Source: a virus (taxonomy: Duplodnaviria > Caudoviricetes). Taken from it: DNA of 29,934 bases. The position numbers and the translations under genes were made by a program. Each line of letters begins with the position of its first letter. Position 1 is the stretch's first letter. The notes under the pieces are model-generated. The model had not been told where the DNA came from. It saw only the letters and a list, made by a program, of their open reading frames with translations, and did not search any database. This document shows positions 1-7,540 of this stretch, piece by piece. The DNA lies in IMG/VR virus record IMGVR_UViG_3300036773_000159, positions 1 to 29,934 of that record, one strand, 5' to 3'.

Positions 1-201
1 TGGGGCGGCGCGCCCATCCGGAAGTACGCGCCGCCCGCCGACGAGCTGTTCAGCCGCGAGCAGACGACGGCCTACCTCGAACTCGTCTCCGCCGGCTACG
101 TCGTCGGAGAGAACATCACCCAGCACGACTTCGCGCTGGCTGAGGAGTGGGGCCTGCGCCCCCAAGAGCACGTGAGGATCGTCCGCCATGACCCATTTTG
201 A
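1..201 (+). CDS. 3' end of hypothetical protein (5' truncated by window)
   Basis: Frame 1 is open from base 1 to TGA 199-201 (WGGAPIRKY...RHDPF*) with high GC3 codons, and overlaps the next start at 188. Confidence 0.65.
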   Translation, partial: WGGAPIRKYAPPADELFSREQTTAYLELVSAGYVVGENITQHDFALAEEWGLRPQEHVRIVRHDPF

Positions 202-751
202 CGAAGCGATGAAGTGCGCCGAACGAGCCCGCGGCCTCGCCCGGGACCTCGACCAGGTCCGGACGCCGGGCGACCTCCGCCAGGTCGCGGCCGGCCTGCG
301 GCTCGAACTCGATTGCATCATCCAGCGGCTGGCCGACGGGCAGGACCAGCTCCGCACCCTGGCCGCCGGCGACCGCGAGGGCAAGGTGCGCGCCGACGCG
401 CTGCCGACGAGCCGGGCCACGGCCGTCACGATCCGGCCGAAAAGCGGGACCCAGCGCGCCGCGGTGCTGCTCGCGCTCTACCGGTGGGGCGACCTGACCG
501 ACTTCGAGATCCAGGAGCGGCTGAAGATCGACCAGAACTCGGAGCGCCCGCGCCGTGGCGAGCTGGTCGACGGCGGGATGGTGGCGCCGCTGCTCAACGC
601 TGACGGCGTCGGGATCACGCGCCGGCACAAGGGCACGGACTGGCAGCTCTGGACGCTCACCGAGACGGGCGCAACGGTGGCGGGGGATCTGTCCGGTGAG
701 GAGAGGGAGCACGGCGACGGCGGGGCCCAGCCGGTCCAGAGCCTGTTCTGA
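188..751 (+). CDS. Hypothetical protein with winged-helix DNA-binding domain
   Basis: 187 aa ORF; GTQRAAVLLALYRWGDLTDFEIQERLKIDQNSERPRRGELVDGGMV has a wHTH pattern common in phage proteins. Confidence 0.65.
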   Translation: MTHFDEAMKCAERARGLARDLDQVRTPGDLRQVAAGLRLELDCIIQRLADGQDQLRTLAAGDREGKVRADALPTSRATAVTIRPKSGTQRAAVLLALYRWGDLTDFEIQERLKIDQNSERPRRGELVDGGMVAPLLNADGVGITRRHKGTDWQLWTLTETGATVAGDLSGEEREHGDGGAQPVQSLF

Positions 752-892
752 TCGGAGATCTCCGACGCGCCGTGCAGTCCGGCCGAGAACACCCGTTCCC
801 GGCATATGCTCCGAGAACCGCCGTGGAGGGCTTGGCCCTCCGACTCCTACGGAAGGCCAAGCGGCAATGACGCTACCCCCCTAGCAACGCGA

Positions 893-924
893 AGAGCCGG
901 ACCCCCTGGCAAGGGCCCGGCTCT
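893..924 (+). terminator. GC-rich hairpin, possible terminator
   Basis: AGAGCCGG...CCGGCTCT inverted repeat in the 752-1041 intergenic gap; no clear U-tract. Confidence 0.4.
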
Positions 925-1041
925 CGAATGCTCCGCGTGAATGTCCAGACCTGGCGCGCCAACACCTTGAAAGAACACTTGGAGTAGCACCTTGATTGTA
1001 ACCATCCTCTCCGACATTTTCGCACCTCAGGGTGGCGAGTC

Positions 1042-2004
1042 GTGAGCAGCGTTCGCCGCGGAACCATCGCCGCAGACAACTTCGTCACCGTCTCGAACGC
1101 CTTCATGCGCGACGGCCAGCTGTCGCTCAAGGCCCGCGGGCTGGGCGCGTGGCTGATGTCCCACCGCGACGGCTGGAAGCTCAGCGTGGACACGATCGCC
1201 AAGACCGTAGGCGAGAAGGACGGCGTCGCCGCGGTGAAGTCGGCCCTCCAGGAGCTGGAGGACGCAGGCTACCTAACGCGCTCCCAGGCCCGTAGCGCCT
1301 CCGGCAAGCTGGGCCCGATGGAGTACGTCATCTCGGACGTTTCCGCTGGTGAAACCGCAAGTCGATTATCCGCCAGCGGAGAAGACCGCGAGCGGATGAC
1401 AGACCCGCATAAGAAGACCATTCCTCAAGAAGATCAAAAGAAAGAACTTCCCGACGCTGTCGCGTCGGATGATCAGGCTTCCGAAGCCAAGGAGCCGACG
1501 ATCAACCAGCGGTCCAACGTCATCGCCGGGGCGCACTACGAGCGGCTGGGGAAGATGGGCAACGTCGTTGCCTTCGCCAAGATCATCAAGCAGGCACTGA
1601 CGGCAGGGCGGCTCGATGCAGACGTGGACCAGGCATGCGCCTGGATCGCGGAGAACCACTGGACGCTCACGGCGGAGCGGCTGGCGAACGTGCTCGCGGG
1701 CGGTCCCAAGCTGCCGGGCCGGCCGGCGCCCAAGCCGATCGGGAACACCGGGGCCGTGATGACTCCCGAAGCGGCGTACGCCTGGCTCAGGGACCGGTAC
1801 CACGCTGGCGCCGCCGAAGAGGTGGCCGTGCGCACCGGCCGCACGTACGAGGCTCCGCACCCGAAGAGCGTGCCGCCCGGCATGGACCCGGAGGAATTTC
1901 AGCTGGCCGACCGCAAAGAGTGGATCAACTTCAACCGGCGTGGCCTGATGTGCGTACTCCAGGGCCGGCCGTTCCGCAACGGCACCGAAGTCGAGGGAGT
2001 CTGA
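1042..2004 (+). CDS. Phage replication initiator, N-terminal helix-turn-helix
   Basis: NFVTVSNAFMRDGQLSLKARGLGAWLMSH...ALQELEDAGYL is the usual phage Rep/HTH N-terminus; lies immediately upstream of a helicase. Confidence 0.8.
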   Translation: MSSVRRGTIAADNFVTVSNAFMRDGQLSLKARGLGAWLMSHRDGWKLSVDTIAKTVGEKDGVAAVKSALQELEDAGYLTRSQARSASGKLGPMEYVISDVSAGETASRLSASGEDRERMTDPHKKTIPQEDQKKELPDAVASDDQASEAKEPTINQRSNVIAGAHYERLGKMGNVVAFAKIIKQALTAGRLDADVDQACAWIAENHWTLTAERLANVLAGGPKLPGRPAPKPIGNTGAVMTPEAAYAWLRDRYHAGAAEEVAVRTGRTYEAPHPKSVPPGMDPEEFQLADRKEWINFNRRGLMCVLQGRPFRNGTEVEGV

Positions 2005-2005
2005 C

Positions 2006-3289
2006 ATGGCACGGAATGCGCACGACGTGATGAACGAGCGGGCCCTGCTCTCCGCGCTTTTCCGCAACCCGGAGGTTACCCAGCCGCACTTCCTGTCCGT
2101 CCCGCCGGAGGCCTTCTACGGAATCCAGCACCAGGTGCTCGCCGGCATCATCCGCGACATGATCATTCGCGGCGACGAGGTGGACGTGAACACCGTCCTC
2201 GCGATCGTTCTGGATCAGGGGCTCGTGTCCCGCATCCCCGCGAGCGACCTGGTCACGATCCTCCAGCACGACAGCTACCCCGGGAACGCCGCCAGCTACG
2301 CCTCCCGGGTGTGCGAGCTGTACGGCCGACGCCGGCTCGCGGAGGAGTGCGACCGGCTCATGCAGCGCCTCGATGCCGAGTGGGAGAACGGCGACTCGCT
2401 GCCGGTCACCGCGGCGGCGGCACAGCTCCGGCTCGCGGTCGACGAGATCGAGGAGCTGGCGGTTCCCGCTGATCAGGACGACCCGTTCACGCTGGCTGAC
2501 CTGCTCTCGGAGAAGATCGAATACGACTGGCTGGTGCCCGGCCTGATCGAGCGCATGGACCGGATGGTCATCACCGGCGAAGAGGGCTTCGGCAAGACCG
2601 AGCTGGTGGCCCAGATCCTGTGCTGCCTCGCGGCCGGCCTGCATCCGTTCCGCGGCGAGCCGATCTACGACGGCGAGAGCGCGCTCCGCGTGACGGTGAT
2701 CGACTGCGAGAACACCAAGAGCCAGAGCAAGCGCCGGTATCGCCGGATGATCCAGCTCGTCGACTCGTGCCGCGGGGCCATCGGGCTGCCGTCGCTGTCC
2801 TGGGAGAAGCAGCTCTACATGGACTTCGCCACCGAGGGGATCGACCTGCTCAAGGGCGGCGACGTGGCCCGCCTGGAGCGCTTCGTGGCCAAGACCTCGC
2901 CGGACATCCTCGCCGTCGGGCCGCTCTACAAGCTGCACCACGAGGACGAGAACTCCAGCCAGGCCGCGCGCGCGATCGTCCAGGTGCTCGACAACATCCG
3001 GGCCCGCCACGGGTGCGCGATCATCACCGAGGCCCACGCCGGCAACGGCAAGGACGGCTCCGGCCGACGGGTCATGCGTCCGCGCGGCTCGTCGCTGTAC
3101 CTCGGCTGGCCCGAGTTCGGGTTCGGCCTGCGCCGCGGTGAGCACGATCCGGCCGCTGCCGAGTTCGTCTCCTGGCGCGGCCAGCGCGAAGAGCGGGACT
3201 GGCCGACGGGGCTCGTGCGAGGCCACCCGGGCATGCTGCCGTGGCGCCCGAACGGCGAGTACTGGGACCGCCCCGAAACCCCGCGCTGA
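2006..3289 (+). CDS. Replicative helicase-like protein (DnaB N-terminal domain plus RecA-type/AAA_25 ATPase)
   Basis: N-terminal ERALLSAL..PEAFY..HQ resembles DnaB-N; WLVPGLI followed by Walker A GEEGFGKT; PRGSS motif. Confidence 0.85.
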   Translation: MARNAHDVMNERALLSALFRNPEVTQPHFLSVPPEAFYGIQHQVLAGIIRDMIIRGDEVDVNTVLAIVLDQGLVSRIPASDLVTILQHDSYPGNAASYASRVCELYGRRRLAEECDRLMQRLDAEWENGDSLPVTAAAAQLRLAVDEIEELAVPADQDDPFTLADLLSEKIEYDWLVPGLIERMDRMVITGEEGFGKTELVAQILCCLAAGLHPFRGEPIYDGESALRVTVIDCENTKSQSKRRYRRMIQLVDSCRGAIGLPSLSWEKQLYMDFATEGIDLLKGGDVARLERFVAKTSPDILAVGPLYKLHHEDENSSQAARAIVQVLDNIRARHGCAIITEAHAGNGKDGSGRRVMRPRGSSLYLGWPEFGFGLRRGEHDPAAAEFVSWRGQREERDWPTGLVRGHPGMLPWRPNGEYWDRPETPR

Positions 3290-3300
3290 CCACCGTGCTC

Positions 3301-3333
3301 TCCCCCCAGAACGAGGGGGAGGGCACGTACGCT
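3301..3333 (+). promoter_or_regulatory. CCCCC-N7-GGGGG box with downstream -10-like TACGCT, upstream of lysis genes
   Basis: TCCCCCCAGAACGAGGGGGA at 3301-3320; TACGCT at 3328-3333; RBS GGAGGT before ATG 3353. Confidence 0.55.
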
Positions 3334-3352
3334 TCTCCCGGAGGTAACCACC

Positions 3353-4147
3353 ATGGCAAAGCACACCGACTCGGACGGCGACGGCGTGGCCGATTACGCC
3401 GACGATGTCCGGCCGGCCGACGGAGACAGCGACCTGGGCGTGCCGCACGTCCGGGGGCAGTACTTCCACCGGTTCGAGCAGAAGCCCGGCCTCGGCCGGC
3501 ACGTCCTGCACGACGCGCGCTCGCTGAACTACGACGCCGCGGTACTCGTCGAGCACGTCACCAAGGAGGTGACGACCTTCCACAAGCGGGTCGCGCCGGT
3601 CTGGGATCAGGGTCAGCTGGGCGCCTGCACGGCGTTCGCCGCGCTGGGCGTGATGATGACCGAGCCGTTCTACCGGACCAGCTTCAAGTACAGCGGTGCC
3701 GACGCGATCAAGTTCTACGAGCAGGAGACCGCGCTCGACAACGCCCAGATTCCCGGCGTCTACCCGCCGGACGACACGGGCAGCACCGGCCTGTGGTCGA
3801 TGAAGCTGCTCCGCAGGATGGGGCTGATCAACAGCTACAAGCACGCCTTCTCGTTCACCACGGTGAAGAAGCTGATCCAGGTCGACCCGGTTTCGTTCGG
3901 CGTGCCTTGGTTCAACTCGATGTTCACCCCGGACAAGCTCGGCCGCATCCATGTCGACCAGGCATCCGGGCTCGCCGGCGGCCACCAGCTGGACGGAACC
4001 GGCATCGACTTCGAGAACCAGGAGATCGAGCTGACGAACTCGTGGGGCCCGTCGTGGGGTCTGTCGGGCCGCTGCCGGATCTCCTTCGCCGACATGCAGA
4101 AGCTCCTGGCGAACCACGGCGACTGCTCGGTGCCGGTGGTGAGCTGA
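3353..4147 (+). CDS. Papain-like (C1-family) cysteine peptidase
   Basis: DQGQLGACTAFA (oxyanion Gln and catalytic Cys), GGHQL (His), TNSWGPSWG (Asn); strong RBS. Confidence 0.85.
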   Translation: MAKHTDSDGDGVADYADDVRPADGDSDLGVPHVRGQYFHRFEQKPGLGRHVLHDARSLNYDAAVLVEHVTKEVTTFHKRVAPVWDQGQLGACTAFAALGVMMTEPFYRTSFKYSGADAIKFYEQETALDNAQIPGVYPPDDTGSTGLWSMKLLRRMGLINSYKHAFSFTTVKKLIQVDPVSFGVPWFNSMFTPDKLGRIHVDQASGLAGGHQLDGTGIDFENQEIELTNSWGPSWGLSGRCRISFADMQKLLANHGDCSVPVVS

Positions 4148-4149
4148 CC

Positions 4150-5043
4150 GTGCAGGGATTCGACGCTTATACGAAGTACCAGACCATCACCGACTTCGGG
4201 GCGGTCGCCCACGCCGGCTACTCCTTCGCCTACTTCAAGGGCACCGACGGCATGACCGCGGTCAACACCGCGGACTGGCCGGCCCGAGCGCACGCGGCCG
4301 GCCTCGCCATCGGCCTGTACGGCTACGCCCAGCCGGGCTCCGCGGCCGACCAGTACCGGCTGCTCCTGAAGACGGCCCAGGCCCGCGGCGCGCTCGACCT
4401 GTCGCCGGCGCTGGACCTCGAAGCCCCGTTTGTCCCGGGCCCGACCGCCACGTCCTTCGCCGTCGCGTGGCTCCGCGAGGCTGTGGCGAACCATCAGGTG
4501 CCGGTCTTCTACGCGAACGACTCGATGATGGGCTACCTGCTCCCGGCGGTTCAGGCCGCGGTGCCGGACACGTGGCCCTGGATCGCCCGCTACGGCTCCC
4601 AGCCGAAGAACCCCTACCGCACGTGGCAGCACAGCTCCACGGGCACCGTCGCGGGCATCACGGCCTCCGGCGTGGATCTCAACAGCGGGGAGGCGCCGTC
4701 CATCGCGCACGCCGCACCGATCATCGGAGGTAACGACATGTCCGGAATGGCACCGGAGAGCTACGCGCCGGCCGGCACGGGACGGCAGTACCACCACCGC
4801 ACCATCGAGGTGGGCAGCAAGAGCCAGGTGATCAACGAGGTGTGGTTCTCGCTGTCGAGCGGCTACAACGACATTGCCGACCTGCACGTCTACCTCAACG
4901 GCGTCCAGGCGCCCATCCACCTCGACAAGGTCGCGGCCAACACGCGCGCCTGGTGGCCCGTTCCCGACGGCTGTGAGTCGATCAGCTGGGACTACGTCTG
5001 TCCGGGGCCGACGGCCTCGAACTTGGTCTACACGACGAAGTAG
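4150..5043 (+). CDS. Endolysin, GH25 muramidase with C-terminal domain
   Basis: GTG 4150 directly after the peptidase stop; GFD..KYQ, FAYFKGTDG, ALDLE (DxE), WIARY and WQHSS..G...VDLN are GH25 motifs. Confidence 0.9.
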   Translation: MQGFDAYTKYQTITDFGAVAHAGYSFAYFKGTDGMTAVNTADWPARAHAAGLAIGLYGYAQPGSAADQYRLLLKTAQARGALDLSPALDLEAPFVPGPTATSFAVAWLREAVANHQVPVFYANDSMMGYLLPAVQAAVPDTWPWIARYGSQPKNPYRTWQHSSTGTVAGITASGVDLNSGEAPSIAHAAPIIGGNDMSGMAPESYAPAGTGRQYHHRTIEVGSKSQVINEVWFSLSSGYNDIADLHVYLNGVQAPIHLDKVAANTRAWWPVPDGCESISWDYVCPGPTASNLVYTTK

Positions 5044-5056
5044 GAAGGCAACGAAG

Positions 5057-5425
5057 TTGAAGATCTTCGGCAGAGACCCCGTGCTGTGGCTCGCGCTTGT
5101 CGCGGCCGTTGTTCAGTTCGCGAGCGCGTTCTTCTTCCCGATCAGCGTCGACACCCAGGGCGTGATTTCCGCGTTCGCCGTGGCGATCGTCGGCGTGATC
5201 CAGGCGGTGGTGGTGCGCGACGGCTCCGCGGTCCCGGCGATCACCGGTCTGTTCAAGGCCGGCATCGCCCTGAGCCTGGCGTTCGGACTGAAGCTCGCTC
5301 CCGAACAGCAGGTCGAGATCATGCTCATGGTCCAGGCGGTGCTGAGCCTGCTCGTGCGGACTCAGGTCACGGCGCCGGTGAACAGCTCCGGTGGCACGGT
5401 CGCCAAGCCCGCTGTGACGGTCTGA
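5057..5425 (+). CDS. Holin
   Basis: TTG start after GGAAGG; MKIFGRDPVLWLALV is a typical actinophage holin start; about 4 hydrophobic segments; follows the endolysin. Confidence 0.8.
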   Translation: MKIFGRDPVLWLALVAAVVQFASAFFFPISVDTQGVISAFAVAIVGVIQAVVVRDGSAVPAITGLFKAGIALSLAFGLKLAPEQQVEIMLMVQAVLSLLVRTQVTAPVNSSGGTVAKPAVTV

Positions 5426-5426
5426 C

Positions 5427-6002
5427 GTGGGACGGCGGTGGGTGTTCGAGCTTCCGTATCAGCGCCCGCCGCTGTCCGCGAACCGGCGCAAGCACTGGGC
5501 GCCGGCGCACAAGGAGTACCGCGAGGTCGCCCAGGATCTCTTCTATCTCGGGAAGTACTGGCAGCAGACCGAGGACTTCCACCCCGTCGGCCGCGTGAAC
5601 GTGACGCTGCTCTGGTACCCGGGCAGCGACCGCCGGGCCGACTCGGACAACCTCAGTGACACCCTGAAGCCAGTTTTAGATGGGCTCACAGCAGCCGGCA
5701 TCTGGCGAGACGACAACTACCGGTACGTGAAGCGCACCGCAACCGAGGTCGTTCCGCGATCAGCCGACCCGCAAGGCCGCACCACCCCTACAGTGATCCT
5801 CGAAGTCGAGGAGGTGGGCGATGCCGACGGTCATCGGAGTGGTCAGGAACGAGCTGACGGACGGGGCCGGACGGGCTCTCCAGAACGTGACGGTCAAGAT
5901 CTCGCTGATCTCCCCGCGCAACCCGTTCCTGCTCAACGGTCTCGGGGAAGTGCTCCAGGCGGTCGCCGTCGACACGGGAACCAGCGGCGAGTGGGTCGCT
6001 AG
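5427..6002 (+). CDS. rusA: RusA-like Holliday junction resolvase
   Basis: PPLSAN, RRADSDNL..TLKPVLDGL..AGIWRDD are RusA motifs; the last ~60 codons overlap the next gene. Confidence 0.8.
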   Translation: MGRRWVFELPYQRPPLSANRRKHWAPAHKEYREVAQDLFYLGKYWQQTEDFHPVGRVNVTLLWYPGSDRRADSDNLSDTLKPVLDGLTAAGIWRDDNYRYVKRTATEVVPRSADPQGRTTPTVILEVEEVGDADGHRSGQERADGRGRTGSPERDGQDLADLPAQPVPAQRSRGSAPGGRRRHGNQRRVGR

Positions 6003-6393
6003 CCTCATCGCCAACCCCGAGTTCGAGCAGACCGACACCTACTACCTGGTCGACGAGACGTGCGCGCCCGGCGGCCAGAAGTGGGCGATCCGGCTCCCGG
6101 ACGGCGGTGACTACGAGCTGCGCGACCTGCTCGTGCACATCCCGCCGGGCGACTCCGGCACCGGACCCACTGTCCCGTCCGGCGTCTTCCAGTTCGAGCA
6201 GTCCTTCGCCAGCGCGGAGTGGGTCATCCCGCACGGCCTCGGCTACCCGCCGGTCATCCAGTGCCTCGAAGGCGTGGGCGCGCGCACGGACCCGGCCGAC
6301 GGGCTGTGGTGGCGCTATCGCCTCGACCCGGACCTGAACACCACCACTTTGCGGTTCGGCGCGCCCGTGTCCGGCCGGGCTTACTGCTCGTGA
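5821..6393 (+). CDS. Virion structural/minor tail-like protein
   Basis: RBS GGAGG; N-terminal LTDGAG..V..SL...GEW..SL..N....TYY resembles a fibre-attachment domain; C-terminal WVIPHGLGYPP...LRFGAPVSGRAY motif. Confidence 0.65.
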   Translation: MPTVIGVVRNELTDGAGRALQNVTVKISLISPRNPFLLNGLGEVLQAVAVDTGTSGEWVASLIANPEFEQTDTYYLVDETCAPGGQKWAIRLPDGGDYELRDLLVHIPPGDSGTGPTVPSGVFQFEQSFASAEWVIPHGLGYPPVIQCLEGVGARTDPADGLWWRYRLDPDLNTTTLRFGAPVSGRAYCS

Positions 6394-6403
6394 GGAGCTG
6401 ACG

Positions 6404-7540
6404 ATGTCCCAGAAGTTCGAGACAGATATCGACCTGGCTGGCCGGTACCACATCCTGGGCCAGCTCCTGGAGACGATCGCCGGCAACCCCGGCACCACGC
6501 CGAACGACGGTCGAATCTGGTACGACAGCACGGCCAACACCGTCAAGGTCCAGATCAACGGCGTCACCATCGACCTGCGCAACCGCGGCACCATGAACGG
6601 CACCCAGACTGCTAGCACCATCAGCGACTTCACCGCGGCCGTGCAGGCGATCCGCTGGGCGTCGATGGCCGTACCGAACGCCGCGGTCGACATGAACAGC
6701 CAGCAGTTCGCCAATCTGGCAACCGCCACCGTCGGGGGCCAGGCGGTCGAGTACGCCCAGTTCCAGAGCGCGCTCGCCGCGATCCAGGTCGGGATGGACT
6801 TCAAGGAGCACGCCTCGATCGCGGCGCTGGTGAACGTCAGCATCGCGAGCCCCGGCGCCACCATCAACGGACGGACGATGATCGCCGGCGACCGCGTCCT
6901 TCTGACCGCGCAGACCACCGCCAGCCAGAACGGCCTGTGGGTGTGGAACACCGCGGCGAGCGCTATGACGCGCCCGGCCGACGCGCCGACCGGCAACACG
7001 GGCGCGGTGGTCGCGGGCACCATCGTGGAGGCCTTCAACGCCACGAACCGCGTGCTCTACATGCAGACTGCGACGGGCACCGGCACCAACGGCGCGATCA
7101 TCGTCGACACTGACAGCCAGACCTGGACGAACCCGTTCCCGGCCTTTGTGCTGGCGAACGGCTTCGGCACCACCGCGTCCGGCAACCAGATCAACGTCAA
7201 TGCCGGACTGGGCATCCTGGTCCCGGCCAGCGCGGGCAGCTCGGTGGCCATCGACACGAGCGTGGTCGGCCGCAAGATCACCGGCGCCATTCCGACCGCG
7301 ACGAGCGGCATCTTCACTGTCGGGTCGGCGAGCGGCGGATTCGTCCCGGTGACCATCAACCATGGCCTGAGCAACGTCTGTCCGATCTTCCAGCTCCGCT
7401 ACGGCTCCGCCGGCAGCGACCCGGGCAACACGGTGTGGGCCGACAACAAGCCGCCGACGGTGACCGACGCGAACAACCTGACCGTCTACCTCCCGACCGG
7501 CTACGCCACCAACCAGTACCAGTTCACCCTGGTGGGCTGA
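6404..7540 (+). CDS. Head/tail fibre-like virion protein
   Basis: T/A/G/N-rich; GMDFKE...GDRVLLTAQTTASQNGLWV..MTRPADA motif seen in phage fibre/decoration proteins; RBS GAGGAG. Confidence 0.7.
   Translation: MSQKFETDIDLAGRYHILGQLLETIAGNPGTTPNDGRIWYDSTANTVKVQINGVTIDLRNRGTMNGTQTASTISDFTAAVQAIRWASMAVPNAAVDMNSQQFANLATATVGGQAVEYAQFQSALAAIQVGMDFKEHASIAALVNVSIASPGATINGRTMIAGDRVLLTAQTTASQNGLWVWNTAASAMTRPADAPTGNTGAVVAGTIVEAFNATNRVLYMQTATGTGTNGAIIVDTDSQTWTNPFPAFVLANGFGTTASGNQINVNAGLGILVPASAGSSVAIDTSVVGRKITGAIPTATSGIFTVGSASGGFVPVTINHGLSNVCPIFQLRYGSAGSDPGNTVWADNKPPTVTDANNLTVYLPTGYATNQYQFTLVG

Noticed and set aside
873-884. Additional CCCCC/GGGGG box upstream of rep
   Set aside because: Only the C-run half is present (TACCCCCCTAG); no matching G-run at the right distance.
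1931-4117. Long antisense and alternate-frame ORFs (e.g. 1931..4117-, 9980..12049-, 15393..16769+, 27288..29081-)
   Set aside because: Shadow ORFs of high-GC genes: no recognisable motifs, and they overlap well-supported genes.
3241-4149. N-terminal 300 aa of the 600 aa ORF 3241..5043
   Set aside because: Arg-rich off-frame read of the peptidase gene; GH25 motifs begin at GTG 4150.
5821-6002. Functional C-terminal extension of RusA overlapping the next gene
   Set aside because: The sequence after VEEVG is low-complexity off-frame read-through; the RusA fold ends near 5820.
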